Shown: piece after piece, positions 56,348 through 64,000 of the stretch
How the letters are laid out: each line of letters starts with the position of its first letter
Numbering within the stretch: position 1 is the first letter of the stretch
Source: Bacteroidales bacterium
GTDB taxonomy: Bacteria > Bacteroidota > Bacteroidia > Bacteroidales > F082
Reading direction: 5' to 3'
DNA: 64,000 nucleotides
NCBI GenBank assembly: GCA_017645245.1
Contig: JAGCPG010000022.1
Span: 9,519 to 73,518, forward strand
Notes under the pieces: model-generated
What the model saw: only the letters and a program-made list of their open reading frames with translations
Told to the model about the DNA's origin: nothing
Database searches by the model: none
Position numbers and translations under genes: made by a program

Positions 56348-59315
56348 GATGATAGGGGGTTAAAAATGATTCGTTTTTTGTAAGTTCGTTATAGATCAGC
56401 ACTGAAAACTGCCCCGCAGCTGACGCTCCCCACGATTTCTCGGTACCCAACACCATTCTGTCGCCTACTTGTTTGCCATAAGAAGCCCAACATACAACGA
56501 CCAGATTACCATCTGAAAGCACCGTCCAAAAGTCACGCTGACGAGTACTTGTCCCAGTCTTTCCATAGAAGTTTTTCCCTTGTGGCAAGTCGTTTTTGTA
56601 TCTATACAAGGTGCCGTTGCTGTCATCGATGGTTTGATGCAAGGCGTTTTTTACCACGTTGACATGGGCAATGTCCCATATTCTTCTTGACCTGACGGTA
56701 TCAGATGTTTGCTCCAATGACAATGGGATGAAAACCCCGTTATTGAAGATGGTTTGGTAGATTTGAGCAACTTCATTAACACGCATTTCTCTAATCCCCA
56801 ATGGATAGTTGTAGATGTCAGACGCACTGATGGTATCTCTGGCAATGCCCATGGATGCATAATCGTTCTCCAAATTTTGATATACCAACCTTGGATTCAA
56901 ACCTAGATCAATCAGGTTTGCAAAAGGAGCATTAAGGCTTCTTGAAAGAATTTTTTCAGCATTAACATGGATGTTGCTCCAGCCGTGGCTATTGCGTGGT
57001 GTTTTACGTTGACCAACCTTTCCATCAAACAACTTGAAATCGATTGGCCCGCCAGATTTAATGATTTCAAGTACAATTGCCGGCTTCAAAACGGAGCCTA
57101 CTGGATAAGAGTAACAATTGGCGTAATCAAGCACCTCCGAGGAAGAGAAATGGCCGACAATATTACCACTATTTGCTTCGACAACCATAGCTGCTACTTG
57201 AAGTTCGGAGCCATTTGCCCGAAACACACTCTTAGTCTTTAATAAGTCGTAAGCTGAAGCTAAAGCTCTTTCGTTCTCCAAGGTAATAGAACAATCGTGA
57301 CGGCCAAGGCTATCTTTGAATGTCCTTTCTAGATAGAGCCTCGTGCTAGCTGGGAGATCGTTACATTTATATCTTAGAGTAGAAAAACACAGCGAATCGT
57401 TGCACAATTGTCTATACTCACGATTTGAAATCAAACCTTCAGACTTCCATTTTTTGGCCTTCTTAAGCAATATACTTTTGACCAATTCAGGATTCTCCTG
57501 GACACAGGTATAGGCGATTCTCCTCTCACCATCAGTCAAATACGTAGCTCTTGGCAATGTTGAAATTAAATACAACATTTCCAATGAATTTATTTTATTT
57601 ATAGCACGGCCGAAAGTGAAAATAGAAGCTGCATTTATCCCTTGATAACCACGCGCCCCATTAAAAGAACTGATGTTCAAATATAAATCGATCAACTCTT
57701 CAAGACTATATTGTAAGGACGACTGGTATGCTCCAAGCAGGTCACTTGTTTTGCGACTACCATCGCGCGGAGCCGAAGAATACGACATTTGCTTTATAAT
57801 TTGGCAATTCAGATTGCTCCCGCCGCGCTTAATAATAGCAGGGGAAAGGCCATGCCAATTGGATTTGTTGGGAAAATAAAACTTTTGTTCTCTAAAACAT
57901 CTATCTTCTTGAAGAAGTAACATGTCAACATACCATTGAGGTATTTCTCCGGAGGAAATCGGAGCATAATAACGCTCTTGTTCCGTATCCAACCATAAAA
58001 CCTCACCATCAGGATCGACAATGTAATTATTGTTTGAATAGATACAACTGCAATCTAAACTTTTTGGGAAAACTGTGACTAACAAAAAGATCACAAAAAC
58101 AAAGCAATATCCTGATAAAAACGCTGAGACGAAAGATAATGTAGTGCGCTTGACATAGTTTATAAAATCACCCCAACGGTTGTTTAGATGTCCCTCCTTT
58201 TTAATCATAGCCACAGTTTCGTCCACCAGAAACAAAACCCCATAAACAACGGACGAAATAACAATCAGCATCATAATCAAGCAAAGCGACAAAAAGGTGA
58301 ACATAAACATTGACTGGGAATAAAACAAAGAAAACAACAGGATAATTATTCCGAACAAAGAACACAAAACAATAGTCCAACATCTATTGAGTTTCATCAT
58401 GGTAGGTTCTATGAGTGTTTGCTCAAAGGTGGAATCAAACAAAATAGCAGACAGATAATTCCAAGACCTAGCCATCGTCCTTTTTGTCAGGAAAAATGAA
58501 ATAATTACAATGACGACAAATACGGAAAACAGCAGTTTATTATTAGGTTGAAATTGAAGGCCAAGATATGATGGAACGGTTAAAACAATTGACAGAATAT
58601 ATGTAAATACTATTTGTAACCATGGTGAAGAAATAATTGTCTTTTTTATCTTTCCCATTACTAGGTATTTTTCCATGTCTTCGGTCAAATGATGAGTTTC
58701 GCTTGACATAATCCAATAACAGGAAAAAAAGAACAAGAAAAGAGACAGATTTTGCAGTATTATATACAAAGAGTTTGAAATCAAATTTAATCTATTTATG
58801 GATTGCGTATGCATGAAGACCTCAAAACCAAATAATAGAGACACTCCAATCAAAGAGAAATAGAAACAGTCTGATTCCGAATATATCCCCCTATTGTATC
58901 GTTTATTGAACGATGTAAAATAACGCCTAATTGACCATACCAGAACAAATGCAGAAAGCAGCTTATACAATGGCGAAATAAAGAGCCAAAGAAAATGGTG
59001 ACTTGGACTCTGAATATCTGATGTGTAAAAACTAAACACGCCTCGATAGGTGATACAGAATTCGGAAAGGTCATTTGTAGTGATAAAGGAAAAAAGGGCT
59101 GCTGCCGCTGAATGAACAGCGGCAGCTCCCATCGCTAACAAAACAACAATCAATATAGTTATGCCAAGTTCACAATAAAAAGTTACACCATGGCTAATAA
59201 ACAAGCTTTTCGTGTATTTCCAAAACAATCTAAATAGATCCTTAAGGAGAAAGCGGCTTGTCAGGAACAAGAACAACACCAATGTGATTATGGTAATAAA
59301 AATAATAGTTCTCAT
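56319..59315 (-). CDS. class-A penicillin-binding-protein homolog fused to a ~415-aa N-terminal polytopic membrane domain
   Basis: Residues 1-415 contain at least 10 hydrophobic segments. GT51-like motifs are LLLQEDRCF...WHGLS, GGSNLNCQIIKQ and RKTSD. Transpeptidase motifs are SVLK (S741), SLN (793-795) and KTGTS (919-923). Confidence 0.7.
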   Translation of the reverse strand: MRTIIFITIITLVLFLFLTSRFLLKDLFRLFWKYTKSLFISHGVTFYCELGITILIVVLLAMGAAAVHSAAAALFSFITTNDLSEFCITYRGVFSFYTSDIQSPSHHFLWLFISPLYKLLSAFVLVWSIRRYFTSFNKRYNRGIYSESDCFYFSLIGVSLLFGFEVFMHTQSINRLNLISNSLYIILQNLSLFLFFFSCYWIMSSETHHLTEDMEKYLVMGKIKKTIISSPWLQIVFTYILSIVLTVPSYLGLQFQPNNKLLFSVFVVIVIISFFLTKRTMARSWNYLSAILFDSTFEQTLIEPTMMKLNRCWTIVLCSLFGIIILLFSLFYSQSMFMFTFLSLCLIMMLIVISSVVYGVLFLVDETVAMIKKEGHLNNRWGDFINYVKRTTLSFVSAFLSGYCFVFVIFLLVTVFPKSLDCSCIYSNNNYIVDPDGEVLWLDTEQERYYAPISSGEIPQWYVDMLLLQEDRCFREQKFYFPNKSNWHGLSPAIIKRGGSNLNCQIIKQMSYSSAPRDGSRKTSDLLGAYQSSLQYSLEELIDLYLNISSFNGARGYQGINAASIFTFGRAINKINSLEMLYLISTLPRATYLTDGERRIAYTCVQENPELVKSILLKKAKKWKSEGLISNREYRQLCNDSLCFSTLRYKCNDLPASTRLYLERTFKDSLGRHDCSITLENERALASAYDLLKTKSVFRANGSELQVAAMVVEANSGNIVGHFSSSEVLDYANCYSYPVGSVLKPAIVLEIIKSGGPIDFKLFDGKVGQRKTPRNSHGWSNIHVNAEKILSRSLNAPFANLIDLGLNPRLVYQNLENDYASMGIARDTISASDIYNYPLGIREMRVNEVAQIYQTIFNNGVFIPLSLEQTSDTVRSRRIWDIAHVNVVKNALHQTIDDSNGTLYRYKNDLPQGKNFYGKTGTSTRQRDFWTVLSDGNLVVVCWASYGKQVGDRMVLGTEKSWGASAAGQFSVLIYNELTKNESFLTPYHHERVQSYIQ

Positions 59316-60103
59316 GGCTCTTTAGGGATTTGTATGTTATTGCCCAAATTGTCAACAAAAAGAATATTCGATGTTTTAATGCCCAAAACATTGTTCAAGA
59401 ACTTACTATAAAACTGCTTCAAATCGATATTGTTCACACGATCATTTTTCTTTAACACCATTACTACGACAGGGTCTGCGAGACATATGCGACTAGTGGC
59501 AGATTGTAACAAAAAAGGATCAAGTCTATTAGCCAATCTTTCAACAGCATCATCTGTAGTTGGAATGGATGACCTATACATATTCAAGAAATTACTATGC
59601 TCAATTCCATCGCTCAACAGTACAATTATTTCTCTTTCTGATTCGGGATTCATCTCCATGAACGTTTTCAATAATGTTTCCAAGATTGAACTATATCTTA
59701 CATCAGATTCACTGAGTGTTCTATAGGTGTTTAATTCCGTTGCAATCAGTTGGCAGAGTGGACGAGTGTCTCGACACGACGCAGCCTTTCGTTTCGACAT
59801 GTTCCTGGTTGCAGGTCCTATTGATGCTCCGTTAGCCGAAACGGTTCCAGATGCTTCAAGTGGCAGCATTTTTACAGTCAATTTTTTACCATAATCCAAT
59901 TGATTAAGGTTTAGGTTACGAAAAAACGAATTAAGATTTGTCCGAAAGTCCCGGTCTATCGACTCAAATAATTCAGGGTCGGTACAATCCACGACAAATG
60001 TGACAACTGTTTCTTGAATACTTTCAGATTGTGTAGTTGTTGATGAGCAACCATAAGAAAGGATTAACACAAGTAAGGTCGGTATTAATACAGATTTATT
60101 CAT
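59312..60103 (-). CDS. lipoprotein with vWA-like strand pattern
   Basis: LLVLILSYGCSS lipobox. VVTFVVDCTD and REIIVLLSDGIEHSN resemble vWA beta1/beta4 strands (inference only). Confidence 0.45.
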   Translation of the reverse strand: MNKSVLIPTLLVLILSYGCSSTTTQSESIQETVVTFVVDCTDPELFESIDRDFRTNLNSFFRNLNLNQLDYGKKLTVKMLPLEASGTVSANGASIGPATRNMSKRKAASCRDTRPLCQLIATELNTYRTLSESDVRYSSILETLLKTFMEMNPESEREIIVLLSDGIEHSNFLNMYRSSIPTTDDAVERLANRLDPFLLQSATSRICLADPVVVMVLKKNDRVNNIDLKQFYSKFLNNVLGIKTSNILFVDNLGNNIQIPKEP

Positions 60104-60114
60104 GATGTTTGATG

Positions 60115-61344
60115 TTAAAAGTTAATAGATTGAATTGTTCTCACATCGGACTCTGTGGCCAATTCATAAGGAGGTAATGATGACACAGCCACACTGTTTT
60201 TTAGGGCATCAGCTTCAATACGATCAGATCGAAATACGGACAGTACATAAACTATAGCCTCTACTATTTTATCAAGTTCATATTTCCCCATCGAACTGGA
60301 TTCTTTGAAGGCATTTTTTTCTTTTTCAAATTTCACCAACATTTCTTGAGATTCTTTCTGGTAAACGGCATCCAGTTCTTTAATACGGCTGAGGCGAACT
60401 TTATCTTCTTTATTTTCTTTCTTTAAGTCTTCAATACCGATATTTTCAAAAGTTATTTTTTTATCGATTGAGTTGCTCTCTTGTTTTGTGTGTTTCACTT
60501 GTTCAACAGCCTGCATCTTACTAATTAACAACAGCAACACTGTTGTTATTAGCTCTATAGCACCAGGAAAACTAACTAAAAATGATTCTATGCCTCTCGA
60601 TTCACTGATCTGCCCATCGAGATATACTTGCTCCAGATCAAAACCAGATGTTGTGGTAGCCGATATGTCACCAAAAAAGTAACCAACCAAAAGACCATCA
60701 ATAATACAAATGAAGCTAAGAAACAAGGTGATATCATGAAAGACTTTGATTAGTTTTTTCCCTGTATTATAATACAAGCGAAGTTGATAAACCGAAGCCA
60801 CCCCGATTGCCAATAAAAACCCAATTCTTGTAATAACGCTCTCCAATTCCAACGTCTCTCTCTGAATCATCCATGTGGCAGCAGATACAATAGATTCAAT
60901 TACTACAACCAATAAAACATTACTCCAAAGACTTTGCTTTTTCCCATCACGCCTCTTCCCGTTTTCCTGGAATCCAACGCTACTGTTACCAAAACTTTTC
61001 AGACGGATATAAAAATCACGGTTTTTCTCTTTCTTTTGAATTTCCTTTTCACGTTGAAGAATTTTGTCCTCAAGTTCCCGTTTCTCTGCTAAATACTGTT
61101 CATGATGTTTTTTGACACCTTCATAATAAAGTTTAGCTCTTGTTTCGGTTTTAATGAGATTCGAATTTGCATCAAATATTATTTTCAACTGCTCTTTAAT
61201 TGGTTTTTCCCAATATGTAAGGATGGCTCTCTCTCCCATGCTAAAGGATCTCACTCCCGAGCTATCACGCTCAGGATAATTTGCACCGGAGTTGATGTCC
61301 ATCTCTATCAGTTCCGGATAGTTGTTGATGATTGGTGTTTCCAT
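60115..61344 (-). CDS. four-TM membrane protein flanked by coiled coils, unknown function
   Basis: 409 aa. Lys/Glu-rich heptad regions on both sides of four hydrophobic segments (LWSNVLLVVVIESIVSAATWMI ... AIELITTVLLLLIS). Confidence 0.5.
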   Translation of the reverse strand: METPIINNYPELIEMDINSGANYPERDSSGVRSFSMGERAILTYWEKPIKEQLKIIFDANSNLIKTETRAKLYYEGVKKHHEQYLAEKRELEDKILQREKEIQKKEKNRDFYIRLKSFGNSSVGFQENGKRRDGKKQSLWSNVLLVVVIESIVSAATWMIQRETLELESVITRIGFLLAIGVASVYQLRLYYNTGKKLIKVFHDITLFLSFICIIDGLLVGYFFGDISATTTSGFDLEQVYLDGQISESRGIESFLVSFPGAIELITTVLLLLISKMQAVEQVKHTKQESNSIDKKITFENIGIEDLKKENKEDKVRLSRIKELDAVYQKESQEMLVKFEKEKNAFKESSSMGKYELDKIVEAIVYVLSVFRSDRIEADALKNSVAVSSLPPYELATESDVRTIQSINF

Positions 61345-61377
61345 AATAGATTGTTGTTTGTTAGATTAGTTATTCGT

Positions 61378-61536
61378 TTAATTATTAGAGGCAATTGCCA
61401 ATTCCCAATCGCTAAATAGAGTTATCCAATCCAGCTCTCTTATTTCATCAGCCAAAGAGGATCGAACCGATTCTAAAGACCTTTTTTGATTGCAGTCTTC
61501 CATGATTTCGTCATAGTATGCGCTTGTTGGTACCAT
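61378..61536 (-). CDS. possible 52-aa leader ORF of the envelope operon
   Basis: Own translation: MVPTSAYYDEIMEDCNQKRSLESVRSSLADEIRELDWITLFSDWELAIASNN. It is below the ORF-track cutoff and ends 33 nt upstream of ATG 61344. Confidence 0.3.
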   Translation of the reverse strand: MVPTSAYYDEIMEDCNQKRSLESVRSSLADEIRELDWITLFSDWELAIASNN

Positions 61537-62319
61537 ATTGTGTTGTTTTTAAGTTAGACAGTGTAAATTTTTCGAAAAACTTCAAAAACATTTCAAGAGT
61601 ATTCTAAGAGGAATCTAATCTCACTTGGAATTGACACCCGAACTTGATAACTCATGTTGCGAAAATATACCGAAGACGGAATTGTATCTTATCGGATTAT
61701 TAGAGTACAACGAATTATACGAGAAGGCCAAATTCTCCAATAAACACTAATAGACTCTTAAATTCCATTCCTGCACTGGGCGGTTCGCTAAACTAACGAT
61801 GCGAACGATGTCGCCCTTTGAATCAGGAGAATCGATAAATAAAGTCGGTTTAGCGAACTTATTAACCGCTAAGCAAAACCATAAGAAGGCCACGGCCTTG
61901 GGGATGACAACTTCCTGGCACATCGAATATGCCGTGGAGGATAACCGGATGCCTTGGACATGGAAGATGCGGATGTCCTTGCTCAAGGATATGGATATTA
62001 TGACGTAGTTTGCGAAAGTGATATTTTGCGAAATGATGACGTTGCAGCACGACCCGCAAAATGCAAGCTAGTTCCCTAAAAAATCTTCGTTATCGAAGAT
62101 ATGTCCGCCTGAGGCCCAAATCTTATTTATAAAACAGCCATACGCACCAGCGACAACCACTATTTCACATACCCCAGCATTGCCATTATGGTATTGGAGC
62201 CAATTCCAATGATCTTTTAAATGATTTGGGAACCATGGGGCTTGATGTTTGAGACGCTTGCCGTGCACAACCCCAGAGTGCATGTCGATGCTTTGGACGG
62301 CCAAGTGTATCATTACTGA

Positions 62320-62631
62320 GACAAAAAGGGCTTAGAATGTGATGCCATTCATTTAAAGGATGGCTCCTCCAGACTCTTTGAAATCAAGCTTGGAGGTGGT
62401 GACCAGATTGATGCCGATGCAAAGTCACTCTCCGATTTGGCAGCGAACATCGACACTACGCGATTGAAATCCTCAGTGTTAATAATGGTGCTAACAAGCG
62501 TAGGTAACTTTTCTTACCAAAAAGAAAACGGAGGGAGTTCTTATGGTGAATATTGGGCACTTGAAGAAGCTGAGGGGGCAATTGTCATTCCGATACACCT
62601 ATTAAATAGTTGGCATCAACAAAGTCAGTGA
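62320..62631 (+). pseudogene. 3' remnant of an ATP-binding protein (DUF4143-type C-terminus)
   Basis: The frame opens right after a stop at 62317-62319: ..GLECDAIHLKDGSSRLFEIKLGGGDQIDADAKSLSDL...VLIMVLTSVGNFSYQKENGGS...IVIPIHLL. This resembles the C-terminal domain of Bacteroidales AAA/DUF4143 proteins. The N-terminal ~300 aa are missing. Confidence 0.4.
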
Positions 62632-63136
62632 GCCAAACATCGTTGCGACTAAGAAAGAACCTGATTCCCTCCTCATGCATCCTTTTGGCATCGATAACCA
62701 AAACGGCAGGCTTGCCATGCCGCTCCCCTACTTTAATGGCCGTATCGAAGGTTGTGGAAAGGTGGACATAAAGCCGCTCGCCCTTCAGGATGCCTTGCTT
62801 CATGATGGAACTGATAGCATCTTTTGTCGTGCCGTGAAACAGGATGTCGGGCGGCGTGGCTTCAGCCAGCTCCACATCGACTTGGATACTATGGCCTTGT
62901 CTGGCACGGATACACGTCATATCTTCGGAAAACTCAAATCGCTGCTTGTTGTTGGTGGCTACAATCTCGCGCAATTCTTCCACCGTAAAGCCGTGGTTAG
63001 CCTCAAGGTCACTCACTTCGCGCCAACCATGTTCGTCGAAAGCGTATGACTTGTCATGCCGGAGAAGGTATGAGAGCTTTTCGCCTTGTTTGATGAGATA
63101 GGAGGCGTGATCATTCAACATTCTATTGTATTCCAT
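62585..63136 (-). CDS. kptA: RNA 2'-phosphotransferase (Tpt1/KptA family)
   Basis: LSYLLRHD, GWREVSDL, RFEFSED...IRARQGHS, LFHGT, ERLYVHLS blocks. 183 aa. Confidence 0.85.
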   Translation of the reverse strand: MEYNRMLNDHASYLIKQGEKLSYLLRHDKSYAFDEHGWREVSDLEANHGFTVEELREIVATNNKQRFEFSEDMTCIRARQGHSIQVDVELAEATPPDILFHGTTKDAISSIMKQGILKGERLYVHLSTTFDTAIKVGERHGKPAVLVIDAKRMHEEGIRFFLSRNDVWLTDFVDANYLIGVSE

Positions 63137-63182
63137 GATTGTTTCGTTTGAAAAAGTAATGCAACTTTTTTCTTCTGAATAA

Positions 63183-63770
63183 TTATGTAGTAAGAATAGC
63201 CGTATTAATAGAATTATTTATGATACAAAATGAAGCCTTGTGCTTCTTAAATAATTCAAAATCAAAAATGGTTTTGTAACTTAATCCAGAAAGGACATCT
63301 GAATAAGTATAGATTATGATATTAATATCTAATTGTAAATAATAAAGGATGAGCTTTTCAAAATCATCTTCACGATAATGATAAGGGTCTATCATTATCA
63401 AACACTTATCAGGCAAGTTCAAAGGGAACTTATAATCAACAACATTTTTGCAAATAAAACTATAATTAGGGAAAGACTTATTGGCAAGCATTATAGATTC
63501 CTCAACAAAATCCACCCCATATAGCTTAAGCGGATAACCAATATGGTTTTCTATATAGTTTAGCAATAAACCGCTCCCGCATCCCATATCATAGATTACA
63601 TCAAATTGATGTGGAAAATATCGAATGGTTTCAATAATCACCGAATATTCTTCTTCCGGATACGTTGAGAACCCACTACATTTTATTATATCTGAAACGC
63701 CGTCATGATCATCCACTCCGCTCAGACAAATCTCTCGGTAATATGCCCTTGATCTCTGATAATAATTCAT
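63183..63770 (-). CDS. class I SAM-dependent methyltransferase
   Basis: VIYDMGCGSGLLLNYI motif I. Start MNYYQRS is chosen because the longer ORF-track start lies inside the terminator hairpin at 63782-63810. Confidence 0.65.
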   Translation of the reverse strand: MNYYQRSRAYYREICLSGVDDHDGVSDIIKCSGFSTYPEEEYSVIIETIRYFPHQFDVIYDMGCGSGLLLNYIENHIGYPLKLYGVDFVEESIMLANKSFPNYSFICKNVVDYKFPLNLPDKCLIMIDPYHYREDDFEKLILYYLQLDINIIIYTYSDVLSGLSYKTIFDFELFKKHKASFCIINNSINTAILTT

Positions 63771-63772
63771 CG

Positions 63773-63810
63773 TAAAAAAAAGCCAGTGCTCCCCCATACG
63801 GAGCACTGGC
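63773..63810 (-). terminator. rho-independent terminator (minus strand)
   Basis: gccagtgctcc (63782-63792) pairs with ggagcactggc (63800-63810). On the minus strand it is followed by T8, which ends 3 nt before the methyltransferase ATG. Confidence 0.65.
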
Positions 63811-63826
63811 ATGATTGCTTAAGAGG

Positions 63827-63967
63827 TTACGACCTGCGATAATTCTGGTGATTAGCATAAATGGAAGCGTCACCTTCTTTGAGTTTATGGGGGGTGAACG
63901 CCTGGGTGCCTCTTTCAAACGACTGGTGTTCTGTAACGCGTTTGAGCAATGAAGATACAGCATCCAT
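63827..63967 (-). CDS. possible 46-aa ORF ending just before the terminator
   Basis: Own translation: MDAVSSLLKRVTEHQSFERGTQAFTPHKLKEGDASIYANHQNYRRS. It is followed by the hairpin. No motif recognised. Confidence 0.25.
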   Translation of the reverse strand: MDAVSSLLKRVTEHQSFERGTQAFTPHKLKEGDASIYANHQNYRRS

Positions 63968-64000
63968 AACAATAAAGATTTGGTTAAACAATTAGTAATT

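Noticed and set aside
61747-62313. ORFs 61747..61986-, 61799..62008+, 61862..62059- and 62068..62313-.
   Set aside because: They mutually overlap and show no recognisable motifs, promoter boxes or signal sequences. The area looks decayed, so none is called as a gene.
63709-63972. The 87-aa minus-strand ORF with a non-ATG start.
   Set aside because: It reads straight through the terminator hairpin and overlaps the methyltransferase start. The alternative 46-aa frame that stops before the hairpin is more plausible, though still weak.
1-64000. Search by eye for CRISPR arrays, rRNA genes, IS elements or transposases, and integrases.
   Set aside because: None was seen. No regularly spaced short repeats, no rRNA-like conserved strings, and no DDE or tyrosine-recombinase-like ORFs appear in the track.

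Overview
This 64-kb window looks like a Bacteroidota (Bacteroidales, Prevotella-like) chromosome. Evidence: T9SS C-terminal sorting domains, a PorQ-like gene, a 288-aa RpoD, TAnnTTTG -7 promoter boxes and no Shine-Dalgarno sites. Positions 1-41500 are densely packed housekeeping genes: a GH29 fucosidase, a T9SS cargo protein, a galK/nucleotidyltransferase/MFS sugar cluster, smpB, lpxD, efp, recF, porQ, nusB, rubrerythrin and ferritin, trmD, rplS, an N-domain-less clpB, trkH, yidC, a GAPDH-like gene, rpoD, htrA, mltG and glmM. tRNA-Ser(GCU) and tRNA-Pro(UGG) lie at 41568-41769. Everything downstream (41770-64000, open at the right edge) is a mosaic accessory region with no integrase in the window. 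It holds a phage-lysis-like remnant (two tandem paralogs, a u-spanin-like lipoprotein, a thermonuclease, an M15 peptidase). It also holds single-gene cargo: a CoiA-like nuclease, Fic, nitroreductase, an HD-like protein, a radical SAM protein, HAD and NT5C nucleotidases, KptA and a methyltransferase. An AT-rich, tightly packed eight-gene envelope operon (53922-61536) encodes a class-A PBP fused to a roughly 415-aa polytopic membrane domain. The strongest unexplained signal is a family of three G+C-rich, non-coding, helix-rich repeats (45991-46244, 51083-51566, 53692-53918). Differences between the copies preserve base pairing, and a domain of variable length is closed by a stem in all three. 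This suggests an undescribed structured RNA or structured mobile element that sits at junctions between cargo blocks. All calls come from reading the sequence and the ORF track. No database searches were run, and family names are recalled from motifs.
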